A stretch of DNA of 53,744 nt, filler included, from Sluysia triapertura (lineage: Eukaryota): the NCBI GenBank assembly GCA_046118255.1. It is 4 parts of 4 records of this genome, joined end to end, with 100 filler letters (N's around TTAATTAATTAA, not from the genome) between each part and the next. Parts side by side here need not be neighbours in the genome. Positions count along the whole stretch, not along the records: positions 1 to 14,239 come from JBJNIA010002118.1; positions 14,340 to 28,023 come from JBJNIA010025508.1; 2 more parts are not named here. One strand, 5' to 3'. Positions 12,801 to 26,058 of the stretch are shown here, one piece after another. Both the position numbers and the translations under genes were made by a program. The notes under the pieces were generated by a model. That model was given only the letters and a program-made list of their open reading frames with translations. It ran no database searches and had not been told where the DNA came from. How positions within the stretch are numbered: the stretch's first letter is position 1; each line of letters begins with the position of its first letter.

Positions 12801-14239
12801 AGATTCAAATGTAGCTTATGGACACTATTTTCATAATAATGAGAATAATGATGATTTAAATGACTATTTTTATTAATTTATGTATTTATTTGTTTTTTTA
12901 TTGCCGAGTAGATAGTTTACTGGTTTACTTGCGTTTGCTTAATTTGAGTTCCTATATATCGTTCTGGGGAGGTTGAGTGATTTATTGGTTAATTAACTGG
13001 AAAATGAATATTTAGTGTTTTGATTTCTATGATGTTTATTGTTGTGCATTTATGAAGCTTATTATATTTGCACATATATGGAACTTAGAGTATTTGCAAT
13101 GGTTTTACTTTAAGCAGTCAAAGTCGATTTTAATTGTGAGTTAATCAGAAGTGAGTCACAAAATATTTTGATCTGCTGTCACTTAATCAACAACTAACTC
13201 TATTTATATAATTTATTCAAGGATGTGATTTTTAATACTACATGTTACGTGCCCATGATTGTTCCTTGGTGACGATGGCTGTGTTTGCGAAGATTCTACG
13301 CTTATCGCAGTTTACATAATCTAATGTATACTAATTCTTGCAGCGATGATGATTACAGTGTTTAAGAATTGTACAGCAGTTTGAAGAAATCTCTATCTCC
13401 TTAAATGTCATTCGTCTGGATCACACAAACTTATTTATACAAGATAAAATGGGCATCAATCGAATATTATCCATCTCCGAAAAATACCAACCTAATCTTC
13501 TAATGATATTCTTGATAACCGTTATTAAATATTACTAAATAATAACAGAAAATTATCAGCATCATGAAAGATGTGATTGAATTTTTAGAATAATAGACTA
13601 TTACTAATACATAATCGCAAATCTTAATAAAAATGTATAATAATAATACAAATTTTCTAAAATTAAAAAAAAATAACAAAGAAATACACTTATTAAAATT
13701 CGTCATCAAAATCATCTTAATCATAATCATAATCATCTTATTATTATTATTCCTCAATAAATTTAAGTTTGATAATTATTATTATAAAAAAATGACAGAA
13801 TTATAGGTATATTATATAATATATTTTATATATGGAAAATTTTGCGATTGGTTAGAATCCAAAATAAGAAATTTTTCATCAAATTTTAATTAATCAATGT
13901 ATACCAACTATTTTAAATATTTTCGTGTTTTTGTAAAAATTTGTGCTGTGTCAATAAATAATGCACTGTGGCGCTTTTTTTCACACTCATCAATTTACAA
14001 AAAACTCATCCAAAAATATACCTTGTACCTCATCATCTCATTGCATGTAAAACACACCGTATACAATTTTACTCTTGCATTGAATGTAAATTATAAATAT
14101 TACAAATTATTATTACTTAGATTATAAAAATCAATTTTTTATTGAATGTAATTCCCAGGCATCGTGTTCAGTTTCCTACGAACAATTATAAAAATTTTTA
14201 TACTTTAAAATGGGTCCGCCTACGATAAACGTTTTATCT

Positions 14240-14339
14240 NNNNNNNNNNNNNNNNNNNNNNNNNNNNNNNNNNNNNNNNNNNNTTAATTAATTAANNNNN
14301 NNNNNNNNNNNNNNNNNNNNNNNNNNNNNNNNNNNNNNN
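14240..14339. other. Assembly gap with artificial TTAATTAATTAA six-frame stop linker
   Basis: 44 N + TTAATTAATTAA + 44 N; identical design at all three gaps. Confidence 0.97.
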
Positions 14340-14410
14340 AGTGGTGTCAAAGTGGCGGCCCGCGGAGGCAAATCATGCGGCCCGTAAAGCAAAAAGGTTT
14401 GACACCACTG
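14340..14410. mobile_element. About 72-bp hAT (Buster/Charlie-like) micro-MITE
   Basis: TIRs (C)AGTGGTGTCAAA...TTTGACACCACTG with internal GCGGCCCG subterminal repeats typical of Buster-type hAT ends; first C lost at the contig edge. Confidence 0.75.
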
Positions 14411-16304
14411 ATTTATATCCTAATGTAAGACAAGGTCACAGGATTTCTTCGAAAGATTATTGCGGGTCTATGAATCACCCGTAAAGATTTGCGTGTAAAA
14501 TCAATTATTAATCCACTACTTTTCTTAGTTTAATAAGGCCTTTTCTTTATAGTCCTACTAAAGTTCAAATTGACACTTATCACTGAATTAATTACGATTC
14601 TTTTCTTATTAATTCACTAAATGTTACAACTATTAATTCATTAATATTCAATAAATATATTAAAGTATTTCGTTAACTGGTATCAAACTAGTTTAATTCT
14701 TATTTTAATATTCTAATTTAACAAAACGAAAATAAACGAAAGTGTATTATAAGCACAATAAAATAAATTACAACGTTTTATACTTATAAATATATTTAAT
14801 AACAAATGAATATTAAAATTAAGGCGCTGGTCCTTAATTGAATTAAATTTAATTATAATTTGATCCAAATGTTATAGGCTTTAAAACATTGCAAATTTAC
14901 CTGGATTTCAACCTTTATATTAGAGGGAAAGACTTAAATAATTAATAACTTACGATTTATTCGTAAATTATACCCCAAATTATAAATTGTTTTAGTTATG
15001 AAATTCTAAATCGAGGAATACAATTATCTAAATTCCACGAACATAAAATTATCTAATCGCCTATAAATCGACTATGAAGACAACTTTCGTACTAGTTGTA
15101 AGTAACTCGCTGCAAATGTGTTGCTGCGAATAATAAGTATTATAGGAATCTCAAATAATCAAACAATTAACTTTCTTCGTGTTTATTGTGTTGTTCTCAT
15201 TATTATTTTTGCCTTTTATACATAATTGTGGGTTCACACCCAATAAGTGATAATAATTGCAATATTATTTGATGTAGATGTTACGCCCGGAATACAATAT
15301 TTTTTAATAATACGCCATAAATATTCTGAATAATTCTCTTTTACAAAATAATATTTCGTATTAAAAGTATTTAAATCTAAATTAATTTTTTTTTAAATTA
15401 AAAAATTTTCTTTTATTTTAAAATTCATTATGTTTTATTATGATAATTTTTTAAATTAATTACATTTTATTATGATTTTACAAATGGCGTATTAGTGGTG
15501 ATAGAAATAAATATTTATTATTCTTATTAGATCAGATCTTTGATAACAGATTTATTTTTAAATAAGCCGTATTAAATAAGGCAATTTAAACATTCAAATG
15601 AAGAAAGATATGATCATCTTCATTTAATGCTTCATTATAAAAAAATCTTTAGCCTTTAAATGATTGATTTTTTCGTTCGATAGCCTTCGACTTGTCAATT
15701 TATACATTTGACAGTCTCGAAAGAAAAGAATGTGTTGCTATTCGATAGTGATAATTCTACAACAGCATGTAGTGAGAGAATACTAATGACTTTGAGGCCG
15801 TTTGAATGGTATGTTCTAGTATTACAACGACATTTAAGAGTTAGAGTTACAATAATACACAAAAAATTTACTAAGGATAGTTTTTTTGAAAAACACTGTC
15901 ACACCATACATAAAGAGAATGTGATGTGATGATTCAAGATGATCACTGAATAAGTAAAACTTCATAAAACAAAAGAAATATAAAAACAGAGCCAAATTAA
16001 ATGAAAATAGCAATTTTAATGAAAGACATCCTGTTTATTGTAGTGACAAGAGTGATTTTAGAATTCTAAAAGAAAAAAGCAAAAGTTTAACAAATTTTTC
16101 ATTCAATTTTTCTTTGAAAAATACTTAATCCGAAAGTATATTTATAAAGCAAGTCTAATGTAATAATTATAATTATATAATAATAGTGATAATAATAAAA
16201 ATAACCCTTTATTATCTTTATCAAAAGACATAAATTCGATTTCTTCTGGACCTAAACAAAAATAACTTATGGAACGACTATAAAAATAATAAAGTTAAGT
16301 AATT

Positions 16305-16479
16305 TTAATACGTTGAATGCCATGGGGGTCACTGGTGACCTCGGAGAATTAAATGCGTCACGAATGATTACAAAACTTAACTGTTCTGTTTAAATAATAT
16401 TTCATCAAAATATACTGAGAAATTCATTTTAACCAGGTAGGCAAGCCATGTAAAATTAGTGTAGCATACAACGTGTTAA
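16305..16479. mobile_element. piggyBac-type MITE
   Basis: TTAA|TACGTTGAATGCCA...TAGCATACAACGTG|TTAA: imperfect TIRs bounded by TTAA, with internal palindrome GGTCACTGGTGACC typical of piggyBac ends. Confidence 0.75.
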
Positions 16480-17304
16480 AAACATTAACACAAACAATGA
16501 TTTTTAAAAATATAACTTTGAAAAATTGTTGTACCTCTAGGAAATTTAATGTACTGATGTCTAAACACAATAACAATGACTAAATATGAAGTTTTGCAAT
16601 GTATTTATTACAAAACTCACAAATGTTTGAAGATCAGTTTTATATAAATATATAATTTAATTTCATTATATATTCGTTTACATTGACTTTTTGTCAATTA
16701 TCGCTATTCTTTTGAATAAATCTTTTGATTTATTTTTTGTATCTTAGTTTTATTGTTAGTTTTCTATTTCTCTTTGTATTTGAATATATTATGGAAAGCT
16801 GAATTTGCTACCTTCTTTGTTACTTCAGGATATATAAGTTAATAAATAAAATTAAAAACATTATTCTGTAAAATTATAATCAAAATTTCTAGTAAATACA
16901 TTTATCATTTTTTATTAAACTTCATTGAGATCTAACAAAATTTGCTCATCATTAGTGTGTATCATTGGATCAATTTGCTAAACGACAAGAATAAGTGATT
17001 TAATTGATATCAACCTCAAATTATTATTTCAACATCATAATTTTGCGAATAATATACAATAATATAGTAGAAATTTTTTACGAATGTAAACAATATAATT
17101 CTGATCGGATTATATAAGCAAACTAAGAAATAAGAATGTTTGTTTTAAGTAAATATGAATTATTATAATGTACTGTTCTTTATTTTCATTTATCTGTATT
17201 ATTATGGAATATTAATTGTAATTTACTGTTCAAAATCACATTTTCTCAACGCGTAACAATTTAATCAATGACGAGTTAGACTTATGATAATAATCTAAAT
17301 GAAA

Positions 17305-17446
17305 TACACCTATCCCTTGTTTTAAACGGTTCAAAAAAAATTTAAAATTAAATATTGAAAATTTATTCATTTTGATTATATAAGCAGTTCCTTTTAATAC
17401 TTAATTTTAAAATTTTTTGAACCGTGTAAGACGAAGGTTAGGTGTA
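17305..17446. mobile_element. TA-flanked MITE (Tc1/mariner/pogo-type) with about 50-bp TIRs
   Basis: TACACCTATCCCTTGTTTTAAACGGTTCAAAAAAAATTTAAAATTAAATATT pairs imperfectly with AATACTTAATTTTAAAATTTTTTGAACCGTGTAAGACGAAGGTTAGGTGTA. Confidence 0.75.
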
Positions 17447-17844
17447 ATGCACTTTACTTTAATTAACAACTTATATAAATTTAATTTGTTACTTTATAAC
17501 ATAATTTTGGCACCTAAGTATTGATAAACACAAGTAAAAAGTAAAATAACGAACAATTACTAATTTCGAAAATCATTAACAATTCAATGACTTAAAATTT
17601 AAAATCGTCTATGCACACACAATTGTAAACAAATAATTGAAACGGTATAAAAATAGATTCAATTAATTCATCATTTCATTTTATGACATATTTTTTCAAA
17701 TGTATCAAAACATCATAAACAATTTCTATTTAAAAGTTTAACAATATTAACATTAGAAACACAAATACAGATATTAAATTTAATAATTTTAAAACTGTTT
17801 TCTAAGCTATATTTTAAGAACAATACACTTTTTAAACATAAATA

Positions 17845-18201
17845 TTAACTTTGTATTTTAGCACTTCGATAAGGTATAGGACTGCACATTAAATAAGGCA
17901 TATGATGCTTAGAACTAGCTCGTCTTCTGGCTTGAATTGACGAATTATCATTTGTAGCTCCCGATTTAGTTGCATTAATTGATAATTCTTTTGGTGTTTT
18001 AATAGAATTTGTTTTCGATTCAGTTCCAGATAAAACGTTATCATCGTTGTGATTGGTTGTTGTCGTAGTTACAAGACCACCAACTCGATTAAGTTGCAAT
18101 TTCTTACGCCCAGAATCCGTACTTAGAACTGGTGACACACGTGGTGATCGAACTATTGGAGCATCTTGTTGTCGAGGTGATGAACTTCGACGAATTCCCA
18201 T
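17845..18201 (-). CDS. Probable terminal coding exon of a host gene (mirror copy of 24162-24518)
   Basis: Identical translation to 24162-24518; locally higher GC; Ser/Thr/Arg-rich. Confidence 0.55.
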   Translation of the reverse strand: MGIRRSSSPRQQDAPIVRSPRVSPVLSTDSGRKKLQLNRVGGLVTTTTTNHNDDNVLSGTESKTNSIKTPKELSINATKSGATNDNSSIQARRRASSKHHMPYLMCSPIPYRSAKIQS

Positions 18202-21200
18202 CTAACATTTAAATCATTATTATAATTATTATAACAATTATCATTATAATAATAATAATTATTATTCGTCTAATGTAAAAACATCTATTTTTAATTACCT
18301 CATCTAAATAATTATAGGCACGCATGAAAAATAACATTCTTATCAAAATTGTTTTGAATAAATAAGGTAGTTTCGAATTTGTGAAAGTTTTTAGACGAAA
18401 ATATAGCTTATAATTCAAAGAATAAATATATTAAATTAAATTAAATAGTTAATGTACTAATGTAATAAATATGTTCCCTGCTTTTGATACAATATATTAC
18501 TTTATGATTTTCAAAGAATGTCTCTCATGTAATACAATAAAATGGAATGAATCATATTTATGTCTAAAAACAATGTTTTATTAAAAAAAAGTTGAAATGT
18601 AAAATAAAATAAAGATCTATTTCTAATTCCAATTTCTTTATTGGATTTATTTTATTTCTTGAAGTTGATTTCTTAAACTTAAATGATTCTTCAAGTGCTT
18701 ATCGTTCAGATTGTTGTATAGTGGCTTTGCTTTCATTCTTAAATGTATTTCATGAATATTTGTCATTTATAGTTTAAATTTTGTTGTGATTCCTGTTTTA
18801 CTTTTGAACTTATTAATCATGTATGTTGTTAAACTGTGATTCCTTAGGTTACGAATCAACTATTCTTTGAGGATGTAGGATTTTAAAAGCCCTATCCTAA
18901 GAAAGTGCAAAATAAGCTGGTTTTTAAAGTCAATGGTGTGTAATATGGAATGTATCGTTGAATTTAATTATGTTTTGTGAAGAAGGAAGTCTATTTTTTG
19001 GTGGGAGAAACTATAAAGAATGAATTTGGTAGATGTTGACTTAATAATTTGTGCGTTATGGTCTGGTCCAAAAATGAACACGTAGGAAAATATTAATTAC
19101 TTTTTCTAAAAGTGCAAATATAAATACAAAAGTATACAAAATATTAGAAAATTTATTACTAAAGATGCAAAGAAAATAATTGTGCATTCATTACCGATAC
19201 ATTGTGTAGCACACAATTCCAACAATTAGACTAGTTACCAATAAAAGCATGAATATAATTCAAAATAATAATATTAATTTATAAATAGTTATGTTAAAAC
19301 CCCATTTATACATTTATGAAAATATAAATAAAAAATGCTTAAGAAAGTCATTATACTTTATAATATTAAAATATCCACAAACATTTACTTTGTGACTCAA
19401 AAAAGAAATATTTTCAAAAAAATACTAAGAAACACCTTTGAAAATTAGCAAACAAACATGAAGGAAAGCCATAATTTATCATAATCAGCAACTAGAAATC
19501 ACAGTGGATTAAACACAGAGGCCAATACAACGATGAAAATTCGCTAAAAAATGAATACTACAGACACAAATACTAACTAGCAAGGCGGATATAGTTAAAA
19601 TTATAGTACATTGAAAATACATTTCTAAAAACATTAATATATATATATATAATACACTAATCAATTTAAGCTTTTTGAAATTTGTGTAAAAAATTAAAAA
19701 CATATTTTACGGAATTAAAATAGAGAAAATATTAAGCATTCTTAGATAACGCAAGATTTCGTCACAATAATGAAATCTTACGTCGTTCATTACCAGAATA
19801 GGATTATTGCTAAACTTCCTTTTGAGTGTATTAAGCCAGTACTATTGTTTGGTGTTTAAAGTTGTGAATTAGCTGTTCCTATTCTTATTCCATGAGGTAA
19901 AATGTAGAAAATTTCAAAAATATAATTAACCATTAATTAATAATTATTGATTAATAAAAGTACATTTTTGAAATTTATTATTACTTTTTGTTTACCTCTT
20001 ACATTTTAAGTTTTGTTGGCTGTTTAAAATAGAAAAGAACAGAAGAAACTGCTACAAATATGCAACCAGTTACCAGAAAATGTCGAATGTCGAAGATCAT
20101 AAAATATTAAAATGCATAGTTCACTCTGGTTCAGAAATATTATGACGAATGACGTATTCTAATAGCTTTTAAGTACTTATTTCGTAGCGGTACATAAATT
20201 TATGTATTATTATTATTCTTCTTCTTGTATTTGTCCTGAAACGACTTTATAAGTACCCCACATAATATTTGACAAAATCAACGAATGATAGTTTAATTGT
20301 AAATAATCCGATAACCATATATAATTTTGCTTTCTCATAAAAATTGTTAATAAATATCTTATCTAATCGATGATTAAGTATAATTATATTAATAGTTACA
20401 GCTTTATTATTTGTCAACAGCAGAATAATTTGTTTCAACAATATTTTTCAAAATTGTTTGCATAATTAACTGCAAAGTATTTAATATCATGTTCGCCTAT
20501 AATAGGATGCTGCAACTGCTTAAAGAGCTCCTGTAGAAGTTTATTTAATTATTAATTTGTTCTATGAATTCTTTTACGTAATAATTTCCTTCAAGGTTAT
20601 GAAATGTTACTCAAATATGTATGAACGTTACACCTCTTAAAATATCGTATTTTGGACTTCTATCGTACTTTACACAAATAAACGAATGTATTCTTTTTAT
20701 TCAATGTCTAGTAGAATTGAACAAACTCTTTAAATGGTCACTAGTTTTTACAATTCAAAGGTTTGCTTTTCTTTTTACTATTTAAATCAATTATACACAT
20801 TTTGACCTTGCTAATTTTTTACAATAATGGCTTATACACATTAACAACAAATTAACTAACACAAAAATTATAACATAAATGACGATGAGTTAATGTATTC
20901 GTCGAAACTAATATTTTATTCAAGTGATTCTGATCTATTAATTTACCTCTATTTTAGCTTTACTTAAGCAAGGAGAACTTATAAGAATTAAACTTACGAT
21001 GTTTACAACTAAAATAAATCGATGTTGCATAGTTCTTCTCTTCAGAGATTTGCTGAATCTGAGTCAGAACTACTAAATCTCCAAATAGTATCAAAATCAA
21101 CCAAATTTAACACTAAACATACCATAACCGGTCTATACTATGATACTGTATTGTTTTCTGACATTTTTTATTTAAATATATATATATTTAAATAAAAAAT

Positions 21201-24161
21201 GTCAGAAAACAATACAGTATCATAGTATAGACCGGTTATGGTATGTTTAGTGTTAAATTTGGTTGATTTTGATACTATTTGGAGATTTAGTAGTTCTGAC
21301 TCAGATTCAGCAAATCTCTGAAGAGAAGAACTATGCAACATCGATTTATTTTAGTTGTAAACATCGTAAGTTTAATTCTTATAAGTTCTCCTTGCTTAAG
21401 TAAAGCTAAAATAGAGGTAAATTAATAGATCAGAATCACTTGAATAAAATATTAGTTTCGACGAATACATTAACTCATCGTCATTTATGTTATAATTTTT
21501 GTGTTAGTTAATTTGTTGTTAATGTGTATAAGCCATTATTGTAAAAAATTAGCAAGGTCAAAATGTGTATAATTGATTTAAATAGTAAAAAGAAAAGCAA
21601 ACCTTTGAATTGTAAAAACTAGTGACCATTTAAAGAGTTTGTTCAATTCTACTAGACATTGAATAAAAAGAATACATTCGTTTATTTGTGTAAAGTACGA
21701 TAGAAGTCCAAAATACGATATTTTAAGAGGTGTAACGTTCATACATATTTGAGTAACATTTCATAACCTTGAAGGAAATTATTACGTAAAAGAATTCATA
21801 GAACAAATTAATAATTAAATAAACTTCTACAGGAGCTCTTTAAGCAGTTGCAGCATCCTATTATAGGCGAACATGATATTAAATACTTTGCAGTTAATTA
21901 TGCAAACAATTTTGAAAAATATTGTTGAAACAAATTATTCTGCTGTTGACAAATAATAAAGCTGTAACTATTAATATAATTATACTTAATCATCGATTAG
22001 ATAAGATATTTATTAACAATTTTTATGAGAAAGCAAAATTATATATGGTTATCGGATTATTTACAATTAAACTATCATTCGTTGATTTTGTCAAATATTA
22101 TGTGGGGTACTTATAAAGTCGTTTCAGGACAAATACAAGAAGAAGAATAATAATAATACATAAATTTATGTACCGCTACGAAATAAGTACTTAAAAGCTA
22201 TTAGAATACGTCATTCGTCATAATATTTCTGAACCAGAGTGAACTATGCATTTTAATATTTTATGATCTTCGACATTCGACATTTTCTGGTAACTGGTTG
22301 CATATTTGTAGCAGTTTCTTCTGTTCTTTTCTATTTTAAACAGCCAACAAAACTTAAAATGTAAGAGGTAAACAAAAAGTAATAATAAATTTCAAAAATG
22401 TACTTTTATTAATCAATAATTATTAATTAATGGTTAATTATATTTTTGAAATTTTCTACATTTTACCTCATGGAATAAGAATAGGAACAGCTAATTCACA
22501 ACTTTAAACACCAAACAATAGTACTGGCTTAATACACTCAAAAGGAAGTTTAGCAATAATCCTATTCTGGTAATGAACGACGTAAGATTTCATTATTGTG
22601 ACGAAATCTTGCGTTATCTAAGAATGCTTAATATTTTCTCTATTTTAATTCCGTAAAATATGTTTTTAATTTTTTACACAAATTTCAAAAAGCTTAAATT
22701 GATTAGTGTATTATATATATATATATTAATGTTTTTAGAAATGTATTTTCAATGTACTATAATTTTAACTATATCCGCCTTGCTAGTTAGTATTTGTGTC
22801 TGTAGTATTCATTTTTTAGCGAATTTTCATCGTTGTATTGGCCTCTGTGTTTAATCCACTGTGATTTCTAGTTGCTGATTATGATAAATTATGGCTTTCC
22901 TTCATGTTTGTTTGCTAATTTTCAAAGGTGTTTCTTAGTATTTTTTTGAAAATATTTCTTTTTTGAGTCACAAAGTAAATGTTTGTGGATATTTTAATAT
23001 TATAAAGTATAATGACTTTCTTAAGCATTTTTTATTTATATTTTCATAAATGTATAAATGGGGTTTTAACATAACTATTTATAAATTAATATTATTATTT
23101 TGAATTATATTCATGCTTTTATTGGTAACTAGTCTAATTGTTGGAATTGTGTGCTACACAATGTATCGGTAATGAATGCACAATTATTTTCTTTGCATCT
23201 TTAGTAATAAATTTTCTAATATTTTGTATACTTTTGTATTTATATTTGCACTTTTAGAAAAAGTAATTAATATTTTCCTACGTGTTCATTTTTGGACCAG
23301 ACCATAACGCACAAATTATTAAGTCAACATCTACCAAATTCATTCTTTATAGTTTCTCCCACCAAAAAATAGACTTCCTTCTTCACAAAACATAATTAAA
23401 TTCAACGATACATTCCATATTACACACCATTGACTTTAAAAACCAGCTTATTTTGCACTTTCTTAGGATAGGGCTTTTAAAATCCTACATCCTCAAAGAA
23501 TAGTTGATTCGTAACCTAAGGAATCACAGTTTAACAACATACATGATTAATAAGTTCAAAAGTAAAACAGGAATCACAACAAAATTTAAACTATAAATGA
23601 CAAATATTCATGAAATACATTTAAGAATGAAAGCAAAGCCACTATACAACAATCTGAACGATAAGCACTTGAAGAATCATTTAAGTTTAAGAAATCAACT
23701 TCAAGAAATAAAATAAATCCAATAAAGAAATTGGAATTAGAAATAGATCTTTATTTTATTTTACATTTCAACTTTTTTTTAATAAAACATTGTTTTTAGA
23801 CATAAATATGATTCATTCCATTTTATTGTATTACATGAGAGACATTCTTTGAAAATCATAAAGTAATATATTGTATCAAAAGCAGGGAACATATTTATTA
23901 CATTAGTACATTAACTATTTAATTTAATTTAATATATTTATTCTTTGAATTATAAGCTATATTTTCGTCTAAAAACTTTCACAAATTCGAAACTACCTTA
24001 TTTATTCAAAACAATTTTGATAAGAATGTTATTTTTCATGCGTGCCTATAATTATTTAGATGAGGTAATTAAAAATAGATGTTTTTACATTAGACGAATA
24101 ATAATTATTATTATTATAATGATAATTGTTATAATAATTATAATAATGATTTAAATGTTAG

Positions 24162-24518
24162 ATGGGAATTCGTCGAAGTTCATCACCTCGACAACAAGAT
24201 GCTCCAATAGTTCGATCACCACGTGTGTCACCAGTTCTAAGTACGGATTCTGGGCGTAAGAAATTGCAACTTAATCGAGTTGGTGGTCTTGTAACTACGA
24301 CAACAACCAATCACAACGATGATAACGTTTTATCTGGAACTGAATCGAAAACAAATTCTATTAAAACACCAAAAGAATTATCAATTAATGCAACTAAATC
24401 GGGAGCTACAAATGATAATTCGTCAATTCAAGCCAGAAGACGAGCTAGTTCTAAGCATCATATGCCTTATTTAATGTGCAGTCCTATACCTTATCGAAGT
24501 GCTAAAATACAAAGTTAA
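24162..24518 (+). CDS. Probable terminal coding exon of a host gene; Ser/Thr/Arg-rich, probably disordered C-terminal tail
   Basis: GC clearly above background; 118 codons without a stop. The ATG is immediately preceded by TTAG (acceptor-like), so it is likely an exon rather than a whole gene. Ends with TAA followed by an AT-rich UTR-like region. Confidence 0.55.
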   Translation: MGIRRSSSPRQQDAPIVRSPRVSPVLSTDSGRKKLQLNRVGGLVTTTTTNHNDDNVLSGTESKTNSIKTPKELSINATKSGATNDNSSIQARRRASSKHHMPYLMCSPIPYRSAKIQS

Positions 24519-24916
24519 TATTTATGTTTAAAAAGTGTATTGTTCTTAAAATATAGCTTAGAAAACAGTTTTAAAATTATTAAATTTAATATCTGTATTT
24601 GTGTTTCTAATGTTAATATTGTTAAACTTTTAAATAGAAATTGTTTATGATGTTTTGATACATTTGAAAAAATATGTCATAAAATGAAATGATGAATTAA
24701 TTGAATCTATTTTTATACCGTTTCAATTATTTGTTTACAATTGTGTGTGCATAGACGATTTTAAATTTTAAGTCATTGAATTGTTAATGATTTTCGAAAT
24801 TAGTAATTGTTCGTTATTTTACTTTTTACTTGTGTTTATCAATACTTAGGTGCCAAAATTATGTTATAAAGTAACAAATTAAATTTATATAAGTTGTTAA
24901 TTAAAGTAAAGTGCAT

Positions 24917-25058
24917 TACACCTAACCTTCGTCTTACACGGTTCAAAAAATTTTAAAATTAAGTATTAAAAGGAACTGCTTATATAATCAAAATGAATAA
25001 ATTTTCAATATTTAATTTTAAATTTTTTTTGAACCGTTTAAAACAAGGGATAGGTGTA
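24917..25058. mobile_element. TA-flanked MITE (mirror of 17305-17446)
   Basis: Palindrome mirror copy. Confidence 0.75.
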
Positions 25059-25883
25059 TTTCATTTAGATTATTATCATAAGTCTAACTCGTCATTGATT
25101 AAATTGTTACGCGTTGAGAAAATGTGATTTTGAACAGTAAATTACAATTAATATTCCATAATAATACAGATAAATGAAAATAAAGAACAGTACATTATAA
25201 TAATTCATATTTACTTAAAACAAACATTCTTATTTCTTAGTTTGCTTATATAATCCGATCAGAATTATATTGTTTACATTCGTAAAAAATTTCTACTATA
25301 TTATTGTATATTATTCGCAAAATTATGATGTTGAAATAATAATTTGAGGTTGATATCAATTAAATCACTTATTCTTGTCGTTTAGCAAATTGATCCAATG
25401 ATACACACTAATGATGAGCAAATTTTGTTAGATCTCAATGAAGTTTAATAAAAAATGATAAATGTATTTACTAGAAATTTTGATTATAATTTTACAGAAT
25501 AATGTTTTTAATTTTATTTATTAACTTATATATCCTGAAGTAACAAAGAAGGTAGCAAATTCAGCTTTCCATAATATATTCAAATACAAAGAGAAATAGA
25601 AAACTAACAATAAAACTAAGATACAAAAAATAAATCAAAAGATTTATTCAAAAGAATAGCGATAATTGACAAAAAGTCAATGTAAACGAATATATAATGA
25701 AATTAAATTATATATTTATATAAAACTGATCTTCAAACATTTGTGAGTTTTGTAATAAATACATTGCAAAACTTCATATTTAGTCATTGTTATTGTGTTT
25801 AGACATCAGTACATTAAATTTCCTAGAGGTACAACAATTTTTCAAAGTTATATTTTTAAAAATCATTGTTTGTGTTAATGTTT

Positions 25884-26058
25884 TTAACACGTTGTATGCT
25901 ACACTAATTTTACATGGCTTGCCTACCTGGTTAAAATGAATTTCTCAGTATATTTTGATGAAATATTATTTAAACAGAACAGTTAAGTTTTGTAATCATT
26001 CGTGACGCATTTAATTCTCCGAGGTCACCAGTGACCCCCATGGCATTCAACGTATTAA
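25884..26058. mobile_element. piggyBac-type MITE (mirror of 16305-16479)
   Basis: Palindrome mirror copy. Confidence 0.75.

Noticed and set aside
14284-14295. TTAATTAATTAA repeated three times in the window as a biological motif
   Set aside because: Always centred in exactly 88 N; a synthetic six-frame stop linker added during contig joining.
20150-20170. ATTCTAATAGCTTT as a bracovirus-type circularisation junction
   Set aside because: Single short AT-rich match with no direct-repeat partner and no recognisable polydnavirus genes.
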